From Lytechinus pictus (Eukaryota): a stretch of DNA of 64,000 bases. The notes beneath the pieces were generated by a model. That model saw nothing but the letters and a program-made list of their open reading frames with translations. It did no database searches and was not told the origin of the DNA. This document shows, one piece after another, positions 41,020 to 50,867 of the stretch. The stretch is from assembly GCF_037042905.1 (NCBI RefSeq), contig NC_087254.1:32612001-32676000 (forward strand). Reading direction: 5' to 3'. Positions within the stretch are counted from its first letter, which is position 1. The number at the start of each line of letters is the position of its first letter. A program made the position numbers and the translations under genes.

Positions 41020-44000
41020 GTAAGATAAAAAGGAGAAGTGCGATTAAGGAGATTTATAATAAAAATGAGGAAACGGTGCGAGATTGCAAAGGTATTATAA
41101 AAATCATTCGGGAGTTTTATAAAAATTTATATGCATGTAAAAATCTTGAAACTAATGATGATATTGAAAACATGTTTTTTAGTGATTTACCCAAATTGAG
41201 TAAAGAAAATAGAGAGTTTTGTGAATATCCGATAACACATGAAGAATGTTTTCAGGCTTTAAAGGAAATGAAATGGAATAAATCGCCTGGCAATGATGGT
41301 TTTACCGCAGAGTTTTACTTTAAATTTTGGCCACTTTTAGGGAAAATCATAGTTGAAGCTTTCAATGAGAGTTTTGAAGTTAAAATGTTGTCAAATTCGC
41401 AGAGACAGGGGGTAATTACTCTAATTGAAAAAGAAGGCAAAAATCCTTTGCACATGAAAAACTATAGGCCGATAACTCTTTTGAATGTAGATTATAAAAT
41501 TTTGTCAAAAGTGTTAGCGACAAGGGTGAAAGAGGTCTTGGGAGATATTATTCATTGTGATCAAGTGGGTTATGTCAAAGATCGTAATATTGGGGAAGCA
41601 GTTCGGTTAATTGATGATCTGTTTTTTCAGTCTTTGTATCAACCCTTAGGTTTTTTAATTGCAGTGGATTTTGAAAAGGCATTCGATTGTATCTCTCATA
41701 AATTTTTATTCAAAACTTTAGAACATTTCGGGTTTGGGAAAAATCTGTGTTCTTGGGTCAAAACTCTTTATTATAATGTTAGTAGTTGTGTGTTGAACGG
41801 GGGGCACTCTACGGGATATTTTGAAGTTAATAGAGGAGTAAGGCAGGGGGATCCACTCTCTCCATATTTATTTATCATAGCGATTGAATTATTAGCTCAT
41901 TATATTAGGAGAGATGTTAATATTAAAGGGATAGGATTTGGGAAACGGGAAATAAAACAAGTTCTGTATGCAAACGACATTACATTGTTTTTAAAAGATA
42001 TGAACTCGATCCATAGAGTAAAGAAAATATTCTCAGATTTTGAAAATTTAAGTGGATTGAAGATTAATATGGATAAAACAAACTTTTTATGGTTGGGAGA
42101 AGAAAGAGATAGACCTGGTTTACCACTTCTTGGACATTGGTTACAACATATTAAAATATTAGGGGTATGTTTCGCACGGGATTGTAAAGTCAAAGATGAC
42201 TTGAACTATAAAGAAATCTTGAGTAAAATTAAAAGACTTATTGGTTGGTGGAAGCAGAGAGATCTTACGATGTATGGTAAAATAAAACTTTTGAAAATGT
42301 ATGCATTTTCAAAATTAAATTATGTTTCTTCCCTGATGACAGTCCCAAAAGACGTTTTTAAGGAAATAAAAAGAATTTCTTTTAACTTTATTTGGGGAGG
42401 AAGAGATAGAATAAAACGCAAGGTTCTATATCAAGACTATTCTGTTGGAGGACTGAGAGCTCCAAATTTTGAGGTCTTTGTTAAGACCCAACGAATAATG
42501 TGGATTAAACGTTTGCTGGATGGAGGGAAAAGTTCGGGTTGGAAAGCAACCTTCGAATATTTTTTTAGCTCTTTAGGTGGTCGAATCATATTTCTGTGTG
42601 ATTATGATACGAGTAGAATGAATTTAAAAGGTATACCATTATTTTACATAGATATGCTTAAGGCATGGCACGAATTGGATAAGTGTAGACATTTTGGAGG
42701 GAAAAGTAATCCCATTATTTTTTATAACAAGCGTCTATGCCTTAATAATAAGACCTTTTTTTATATTGAATTATTTCAGAAAGGTATAGTTAAGGTCTCG
42801 GATATAATAGTTGGAGGTAAATTAAGACCAGTTTCATACTGGTATAATCTGAAAACTTGCTCAAAATTCAAAAGATATTTTCAGTAATAACAGAAGAGTG
42901 GATACAAAATGATTTTATGGAAATGGATACAGACAACTTTGAAATTCAATTGATGATATGTGGGCATGTTCAGAAACTATGTGATATAAAATCTAGACGA
43001 ATATATGACCACTTCATTGAAAATTTTCAAATTGATTATGTATTTCATGTTACAGATGGGCAATCCGAATATGATTTGGGAATGGGAGAACTGAAAGAAG
43101 TATTTTTGAGACTGAAATGTGCAATGCTATGCAATAAACACAGAGAATTTCAATACAAACAATTACAAGGGGCTGTGTACACAAAAAGGGAACTTTTTAA
43201 ATTCGGTTTTGAGACAGATAATTTATGTTCCTTTTGTAAAAAAGAAGTTGAGTCTTACCAACATTTATTTTTTTATTGTCCTGAAGTTAAGCGATTATGG
43301 GAAGAGATGAGTAAAATATTTCAACTGAATGAACTTGGCAGTGACGTTTGGAAAACAATTTTCATGGGGATATCTGGAAATACTACAAGAGTAGCTTTAA
43401 TAAACTGTATTATATTCTTAATTAAGTATATCATTTTTAGTTCAAGAAAACAGGGAATATTGCCAACCGTACAGAAAGTGACACATTTGGTTGAAGAGTA
43501 TAGAGATACGGAATATCAAATAGCGTTTAAAAAGGGGAAGCTGGGGGTGCACTTAAGGAAATGGGAACAAATCAATGCATACCTTTCTTAATACTATGGA
43601 TGTATTGGTTGCTTCATTTTGTTTCTGTTTTGTTTATTTGTTCAAATACAGATAATTGTACCAGAGCAGGATGCATTGTGTGTGGGTGTACGTGTGTAGA
43701 TGGATGTGTGAGTTTTGTGACGGGGAAGAGGGGGGGGGGGGGGAGCTGTGAGTAGTGGTGGTTTGAAGTGAGCTTGTGTGAGTGTCTGGGGAGAGAGATG
43801 AGGGGGGAGGGGGTATGGGGGTAAGGTGAGTGTGTAGGGACGTTTTAGGATAACCTTCCTCTAATTAACCTTTAAAATAATATTTTATCCTTTTTTTTTT
43901 ATTTTTCGTACAATTAATATGTGCAAAAGAGATTATTTCTATTCTATTCAGGGAAAAAGTCATTTTTTACAAAGTACGTTTTTTTTTTTTTGTCGATTGA

Positions 44001-44242
44001 TACGGGTTTTTCCCCTCTGCTTTCACATTGTTATAGAAGAGAAATTTGGCAGTTTAATTTAATTTGTAATCATTTAAAAAATATTCGTAAACTCATTGAT
44101 ATTGATATATTTATTTGTTTGATTGTTTATTGATTGTATACATACAAAGAATCTTTATTTATATGAATTGTGATTGTAAACTTATTGATTTGAAAGAGGA
44201 AGAAAATAAAATATTATTCAAAAAAAAAAAAAAAAAAAAAAA
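41020..44242 (+). mobile_element. 5'-truncated L1/Tx1-clade non-LTR retrotransposon with poly(A) tail
   Basis: ORF2 remnant, GT/G-rich 3' UTR, AATAAA at ~44205 and a poly(A) run at 44220-44242. Confidence 0.92.
41076..43591 (+). pseudogene. Tx1/L1 ORF2 remnant (RT + C-terminal zinc-binding domain), frameshifted
   Basis: KSPGNDG, NYRPITLLNVDYKIL, DFEKAFD and RGVRQGDPLSPYLF motifs. The catalytic YADD reads YAND. A frameshift near 42850 joins ORF 42857-43591 (CSFC...HLFFYC). No endonuclease domain. Confidence 0.88.
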
Positions 44243-44256
44243 GTAGGGGTGCCGTG

Positions 44257-45909
44257 ATTGATTGATTGATTTTATTTGGCAAGTCACCATAACATATATA
44301 CAGTAGCATTACAACAACAGGCTTGCACAGGATGACCCACGAAAGCTCGAAAGCTTATTTCCAGTGGGGTCCTCGACATACAGAATTAAGATAATAAAGT
44401 GGTAAATTATACTATTTACATATTAAAAAAATGAAGAAAAAAAAATCAGAATTTACTATTACCAATAAATAAGATATATAGATAATATATACAAGAAAAT
44501 AAAGAAAAAGAAGAAAAGAAGGAGAAGAAGGAGGATGAATAGAAAAAGAAAGGGAGGAGGAGGAGAAGGAGACGGAAGAAAAGGATGAGGAAGACAAGGA
44601 GAAGAACAACAGCAAAAACGGCGACAACAATAACAACACGAAGAGGAGAATAGAAGATAAAAGAAATAGAAAGAATACAAGAAAGGACATATCGAAGCTT
44701 CAATCAAACTATGTAAAATAAATAATAATACCTGGTAGAGAAGAGAAAAGAACGTGGTCAGTGTTCAGGCTAAATCAACCGTATAACATATCATTTGCAT
44801 CTTCTCTTTGACTCTCAAGTGAAAGATATTCTTTCAATTTCCTCTTAAAATGCAAAAAGTTTCCTATTTCCTTTATATCATTGGGAAGGGAATTCCAATG
44901 TTTGATAGCATTGTAATAAAAGGAGTTACCAATACTACCTACCCTTTCTGGTAAGCAAAAGTTGAAATGGCTGTTTCTTGTATTATAGTTATGTAATTCG
45001 GTAACTAGATTAAAGTTTGATCCAATGTAATGATTCGATCTATTGTGATAGATTTTATGCACGTGGTGCAAAATAAGCTGTTTTGAACTTTTGTTGACTT
45101 CAAGAAAACCTGCTCCAGAGAGTTCGGTGTAGCCAACATGGGTTCTGGGACCAGAACAGTTAATGAATCTAACTATTTTATTCTGTTTAATTTTCAACTT
45201 CTTTTTATCGAGTTCGCTTATGCCACTAAACCAAGCAATGTTAGCATAGTCAAATAAACTCCGAATAAGAGCAAAACAGAGAATACGCCTTGCTTTTTGA
45301 TCCATACAAATTTGATACCTGTACAGAAATTTCAAACGGGCATTCGCCTTTTTCACAATTGAATACTAAAGATGAAAATGAAAGGGAGCTAGTCAACTTA
45401 ATGCCTAAATACTTTACAGATTCTTTCCTCTGAATTATCTTATTATTGTATGATACTTCAAATTCAAATGAAGTTTTATAATTACTTTTAGAACAAAACA
45501 GAATGCTCTCGGTTTTGCCTAAGTGTAACGATAATCTATTATCAGTCATCCAATCGACACAACAGCTGTTCGCTAAGTTTTTCCTCAACAAATTTTGGGT
45601 TGGAATTTGAACAAAGTAGTACGCTATCATCTGCATACAATAATAATTTACAGTCAGCTTTTATACAAATAGACATGTCATTGATATAAGTTGAAAATAG
45701 AATTGGGCCTAAAATACTTCCCTGTGGAACTCCACACGTTATAGGCATAATTTTGGAACGAATATCGCGAATAGCCACTACTTGATGTCGATTCGACAAG
45801 TAGGATTTGAACCATGGTACAGTAGCCTGGTTAAAACCCATTATTTGTATTTTTTTTTCAATAAGATGCCATGATTAACTGTATCAAATGCTTTTTGAAG
45901 ATCTAGGAG
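44257..45909 (-). mobile_element. L2/CR1-group LINE, 3' part (RT remnant, pyrimidine-rich 3' UTR, (AATC)n tail)
   Basis: DLQKAFDTV, GVPQGSILGPILF, LLYADD, KYLG, FDYA and WNSLP motifs across frameshifted ORFs 45542-45841, 45250-45636 and 44775-45356. The tail is AATAAAATCAATCAATCAATC. Confidence 0.88.
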
Positions 45910-46056
45910 AGTAGTTATGGGAGAGACCTCATACCTAATTGACCTTTGACCTTTGACCGCATGACCTTTGACCCCAACTTCCGGTCACTGTTGACCCCGT
46001 GACCCCACCTTCCGGTCAATCATGACCTTTGACCTTTGGGTACGCGGTAAACAGGA

Positions 46057-46300
46057 AATTGGATAATGGAGCGCGGGAAGCGATTTTAATTGGATAATGG
46101 AGCGCGGGACGCGATTTTAATTGGATAATGGAGCGCGGGACGCGATTTTAATTGGATAATGAAGCGCGGGGACGCCATCTTAATTGGATAATGAAGCGCG
46201 GGACGCGATTTTAATTGGATAATGACTCCGCGTGGGGACGCGATTTTAATTGGATAATGACTCCGCGTGGGGACGCCATCTTAATTGGATATGAGTCCAC
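46057..46300. repeat. Subterminal ~31-34-bp tandem repeat (about 8 units), mirrored at 50222-50456
   Basis: Unit ATTGGATAATG(G/A)AGCGCGGGACGCGATTTTA and variants. Confidence 0.9.
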
Positions 46301-46365
46301 GTAGGGACTCGATCTACAGGAAATTTAATTAACCTCCGCGTGGGGTGATCTCCCGCGCCCTCGCC

Positions 46366-46371
46366 TATAAA
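46366..46371 (+). promoter_or_regulatory. Candidate inward-facing TATA box of the element (mirror at 50142-50147 on -)
   Basis: CCTATAAA downstream of a GC-rich tract and of repeats each containing ATTGG (inverted CCAAT). Confidence 0.4.
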
Positions 46372-47057
46372 TGATGGGAGTAAACCGAGAACATGAACTT
46401 GGGATATCCTATTCAAGGTGAAAGCCGGCTCTCTCTGTCTCTTATTACAACAATTATTGGTAATCCAACATGTGATTATAATCCTGATAACAGTGGCATC
46501 TCAAACTCTACTCATTCCAGACTTTCCCCCATCAAAACTCTCTGACTTTTCCATACTGTTTTGTACATACCTCCATACTTTTCATTTTAACTCACATGAC
46601 CTGCACGGCTCTCTGACCCGCAAAAGTATACTATATTGAAACCCGTAGACGACTCCTTTCAATCAACTTCATTCATCCGCAGTACAGATGGTGATAACAT
46701 GAAACACTATACAGTCAAGGATGATTCTTTATTATTACTATCATTTATTCTATTCCATTTCAATGTAGATAGGTTCAATTAGTGTATAAACAGCAGATTT
46801 TGATACAAAGGTAAAAATAATGTAAGATATGTTCTCAAATTACGTTGTCACAACAAAATAATTAACTGTTCATTGTTAATATTAAAGTGAAGTTCTCGTT
46901 TTTTTTCTTTTCCTTCGCTTAACTTATTGGATTGTAACACATGTCTATGGATGGCATTCAGAAAATATGAACACAATGAAGTTCAAACTGTCATTTATGC
47001 CCGCATTTATGTTGACGGCGTTTTCTTGGATTATTCGACAAGCTGATGTTTGTGCCT

Positions 47058-47708
47058 TTAGTTGTAGGTTCCATCTTCACCCTCCGTTTCTTCTCCACCA
47101 TCATCATTATCGTCATCGTCACCTTGATACTGGAATAAACCATCGAATTGTGAACCATGCCTGGCTAACACTCTCTGTACGGCTTTCCGGAATTCCATGC
47201 CATTCTCTAATCTTTCCGTGAGATCGGACACGATTTCATGATTGATGTCAGCGTCTTCGAGGTACACGTTCTGCTGCAAGAACTGAGAGTACAGATCGAA
47301 AAAGATGCGTTTGACTGCCCACATTAGTTTCACGTGAGCCTTTGCTTTAGCGTCTTCTTCTTCCATTCCTTCTGAGATGTATTTCTGATATTTTTCGTCT
47401 CTCAAGTCCTTGGTGGCCGTCATGGCTTGCTCTAACCATCCTCGATAAGCGAGGTTGTCTTCAGTTTCTTCCATGTTTGCTGTCATTGACGATTCGTGTC
47501 CATCGCTTTCTGATACGCTCGTTTCGGAATCACCGTTGGATTCTTCAACTCTTTGCATTTGAGAGGATGGGTCGGATTCTTCATCTTCACTCGTTTCTTC
47601 TCCAGTATCATGCTCAATTTGTTCATGCCTCTGCATGTTATATTTCCTACTAAAAGTTTTATCGCATCGTGAACAAGCGTGACGGTTGGACATATCCAAT
47701 ATATTCAT
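47058..47708 (-). CDS. C2H2 zinc-finger + acidic + helical-domain protein, left copy (216 aa from first ATG)
   Basis: Intact intronless ORF with N-terminal C-x2-C-x12-H-x4-H (CSRCDKTFSRKYNMQRHEQIEH), an E/S/D-rich linker, a helical region and an acidic tail. Translation is identical to the right copy. Confidence 0.75.
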   Translation of the reverse strand: MNILDMSNRHACSRCDKTFSRKYNMQRHEQIEHDTGEETSEDEESDPSSQMQRVEESNGDSETSVSESDGHESSMTANMEETEDNLAYRGWLEQAMTATKDLRDEKYQKYISEGMEEEDAKAKAHVKLMWAVKRIFFDLYSQFLQQNVYLEDADINHEIVSDLTERLENGMEFRKAVQRVLARHGSQFDGLFQYQGDDDDNDDGGEETEGEDGTYN

Positions 47709-47800
47709 GCTGACTCGATGATTATTTGTTGGGAAATGAAGAAAATTAACGTTCAAACTTGTAATTATACGTAATCATGAAACGCGCGCGAAGGTACTTT

Positions 47801-48215
47801 GATTCTTACGGATTTTTACGCATTCTTACGGATTCTTACTCATTCTTACGGATTCTTACGGATGTTTACTCATTCTTACTCATTCTTACTCATTCTTACG
47901 GATTTTTTACGGATTCTTACGGATGTTTACGGATTCTTACGCATTCTTACGAATTCTTACTCATTCTTACGGATTCTTACGGATGTTTACTCATTCTTAC
48001 TCATTCTTACTCATTCTTACGGATTCTTACTCATTCTTACTCATTCTTACTCATTCTTACTCATTCTTACGGATTCTTACTCATTCTTACGGATTCTTAC
48101 TCATTCTTACGGATTCTTACTCATTCTTACGGATTCTTACGGATTTTTTACGGATTCTTACGGATGTTTACGGATTCTTACGGATTCTTACGGATGTTTA
48201 CGGATCCTTACGGAT
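47801..48215. repeat. 10-bp tandem array (TTACGGATTC / TTACTCATTC / TTACGGATGT), left
   Basis: About 41 units with 10-bp period. Confidence 0.95.
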
Positions 48216-48290
48216 CCACGTTGGAATGACCCATGCATGGGTCATTCTAGCGTGGATGAACATATTTTCCTTGAGATTATAGGAAAGCAT
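48214..48290. other. Central spacer: 44-bp loopless palindrome plus a short second hairpin
   Basis: ATCCACGTTGGAATGACCCATG|CATGGGTCATTCTAGCGTGGAT (48214-48257; 20/22 pairs, both mismatches G-T). TTTCCT-9 nt-AGGAAA at 48266-48286. Confidence 0.85.
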
Positions 48291-48296
48291 TGATTA

Positions 48297-48711
48297 ATCC
48301 GTAAACATCCGTAAGAATCCGTAAGAATCCGTAAACATCCGTAAGAATCCGTAAACATCCGTAAACATCCGTAAGAATCCGTAAACATCCGTAAGAATCC
48401 GTAAAAAATCCGTAAGAATCCGTAAGAATGAGTAAGAATCCGTAAGAATGAGTAAGAATCCGTAAGAATGAGTAAGAATCCGTAAGAATGAGTAAGAATG
48501 AGTAAGAATGAGTAAACATCCGTAAGAATCCGTAAGAATGAGTAAGAATTCGTAAGAATGCGTAAGAATCCGTAAACATCCGTAAGAATCCGTAAAAAAT
48601 CCGTAAGAATGAGTAAGAATGAGTAAGAATGAGTAAGAATGAGTAAACATCCGTAAGAATCCGTAAGAATGAGTAAGAATCCGTAAGAATGCGTAAAAAT
48701 CCGTAAGAATC
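48297..48711. repeat. 10-bp tandem array, right (inverted copy)
   Basis: GAATCCGTAA / GAATGAGTAA / ACATCCGTAA units. Unit order differs internally from the left array. Confidence 0.95.
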
Positions 48712-48803
48712 AAAGTACCTTCGCGCGCGTTTCATGATTACGTATAATTACAAGTTTGAACGTTAATTTTCTTCATTTCCCAACAAATAATCATCGAGTC
48801 AGC

Positions 48804-49454
48804 ATGAATATATTGGATATGTCCAACCGTCACGCTTGTTCACGATGCGATAAAACTTTTAGTAGGAAATATAACATGCAGAGGCATGAACAAATTGAGC
48901 ATGATACTGGAGAAGAAACGAGTGAAGATGAAGAATCCGACCCATCCTCTCAAATGCAAAGAGTTGAAGAATCCAACGGTGATTCCGAAACGAGCGTATC
49001 AGAAAGCGATGGACACGAATCGTCAATGACAGCAAACATGGAAGAAACTGAAGACAACCTCGCTTATCGAGGATGGTTAGAGCAAGCCATGACGGCCACC
49101 AAGGACTTGAGAGACGAAAAATATCAGAAATACATCTCAGAAGGAATGGAAGAAGAAGACGCTAAAGCAAAGGCTCACGTGAAACTAATGTGGGCAGTCA
49201 AACGCATCTTTTTCGATCTGTACTCTCAGTTCTTGCAGCAGAACGTGTACCTCGAAGACGCTGACATCAATCATGAAATCGTGTCCGATCTCACGGAAAG
49301 ATTAGAGAATGGCATGGAATTCCGGAAAGCCGTACAGAGAGTGTTAGCCAGGCATGGTTCACAATTCGATGGTTTATTCCAGTATCAAGGTGACGATGAC
49401 GATAATGATGATGGTGGAGAAGAAACGGAGGGTGAAGATGGAACCTACAACTAA
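48804..49454 (+). CDS. C2H2 zinc-finger + acidic + helical-domain protein, right copy (216 aa from first ATG)
   Basis: Same translation as the left copy. TATA-like GTATAAT at ~48742 and AATAAA signals at ~49764-49785. Confidence 0.75.
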   Translation: MNILDMSNRHACSRCDKTFSRKYNMQRHEQIEHDTGEETSEDEESDPSSQMQRVEESNGDSETSVSESDGHESSMTANMEETEDNLAYRGWLEQAMTATKDLRDEKYQKYISEGMEEEDAKAKAHVKLMWAVKRIFFDLYSQFLQQNVYLEDADINHEIVSDLTERLENGMEFRKAVQRVLARHGSQFDGLFQYQGDDDDNDDGGEETEGEDGTYN

Positions 49455-50610
49455 AGGCACAAACATCAGCTTGTCGAATAATCCAAGAAAACGCCGTCAA
49501 CATAAATGCGGGCATAAATGACAGTTTGAACTTCATTGTGTTCATATTTTCTGAATGCCATCCATAGACATGTGTTACAATCCAATAAGTTAAGCGAAGG
49601 AAAAGAAAAAAAAACGAGAACTTCACTTTAATATTAACAATGAACAGTTAATTATTTTGTTGTGACAACGTAATTTGAGAACATATCTTACATTATTTTT
49701 ACCTTTGTATCAAAATCTGCTGTTTATACACTAATTGAACCTATCTACATTGAAATGGAATAGAATAAATGATAGTAATAATAAAGAATCATCCTTGACT
49801 GTATAGTGTTTCATGTTATCACCATCTGTACTGCGGATGAATGAAGTTGATTGAAAGGAGTCGTCTACGGGTTTCAATATAGTATACTTTTGCGGGTCAG
49901 AGAGCCGTGCAGGTCATGTGAGTTAAAATGAAAAGTATGGAGGTATGTACAAAACAGTATGGAAAAGTCAGAGAGTTTTGATGGGGGAAAGTCTGGAATG
50001 AGTAGAGTTTGAGATGCCACTGTTATCAGGATTATAATCACATGTTGGATTACCAATAATTGTTGTAATAAGAGACAGAGAGAGCCGGCTTTCACCTTGA
50101 ATAGGATATCCCAAGTTCATGTTCTCGGTTTACTCCCATCATTTATAGGCGAGGGCGCGGGAGATCACCCCACGCGGAGGTTAATTAAATTTCCTGTAGA
50201 TCGAGTCCCTACGTGGACTCATATCCAATTAAGATGGCGTCCCCACGCGGAGTCATTATCCAATTAAAATCGCGTCCCCACGCGGAGTCATTATCCAATT
50301 AAAATCGCGTCCCGCGCTTCATTATCCAATTAAGATGGCGTCCCCGCGCTTCATTATCCAATTAAAATCGCGTCCCGCGCTCCATTATCCAATTAAAATC
50401 GCGTCCCGCGCTCCATTATCCAATTAAAATCGCTTCCCGCGCTCCATTATCCAATTTCCTGTTTACCGCGTACCCAAAGGTCAAAGGTCATGATTGACCG
50501 GAAGGTGGGGTCACGGGGTCAACAGTGACCGGAAGTTGGGGTCAAAGGTCATGCGGTCAAAGGTCAAAGGTCAAAGGTCAATTAGGTATGAGGTCTCTCC
50601 CATAACTACT

Positions 50611-50867
50611 TAGGAGTATCATCCCAACGAATTGTCCCTTAAAAATATTAGTTCTCAGATAATTAGTCAAGTGAATAAGGCATGTCTTAGTCGAATAGTC
50701 ATGTCGAAAACCAGACTGATATTCGTAAATCATTTCATTTTCTTTAAAATATTTTTCGATATGAACACATACCGCCTTTTCTAGAATTTTGGATACTATG
50801 CTTAAAACACTGATAGGTCTATAATTTTCAACAGCAGTTTTATCTTTCTTCTTATATGAATAGGAGT
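50611..50867 (-). mobile_element. L2/CR1-group LINE, 5' continuation of the RT remnant split by the Polinton-like element
   Basis: Minus strand TPIH..KDKTAVENYRPISVLS...YQSGFR..STKTCL...GMILL joins DLQKAFD across the TSD. Confidence 0.85.

Larger units (their letters stand above)
45910..50610. mobile_element. Palindromic non-autonomous Polinton/Maverick-like element (4701 bp)
   Basis: Starts AGTAGTTATGGGAGAGACC and ends GGTCTCTCCCATAACTACT. Exact 6-bp TSD TAGGAG at 45904-45909 and 50611-50616. Arms 45910-48215 and 48297-50610 are near-identical inverted copies. AGT-repeat ends and 6-bp TSDs are Polinton hallmarks. Confidence 0.88.

Noticed and set aside
44412-44707. Hydrophobic low-complexity ORFs (also 51879-52198)
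   Set aside because: Purine/pyrimidine-biased TE UTR or interior sequence.
46057-46300. CRISPR-like array (also considered for the motif cluster at 35689-40160)
   Set aside because: Eukaryotic context, no unique equal-length spacers, no cas genes.
46393-46790. Second gene in the palindrome arms (50-73 aa ORFs after the TATA box)
   Set aside because: Short, no recognisable motif and no consistent frame. Cannot be supported without transcript data.
47777-48735. Five 119-164 aa ORFs with RILTHSYGFL-type repeats
   Set aside because: Translations of the stop-free 10-bp arrays in all frames; no evidence of coding.
45910-50610. Giant palindrome as a chimeric-read or assembly artefact
   Set aside because: The flanks are not mirrored but are collinear halves of one LINE with an exact 6-bp TSD. 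The arms differ by small indels and array order, and the centre is unique. Not fully excluded without raw reads.
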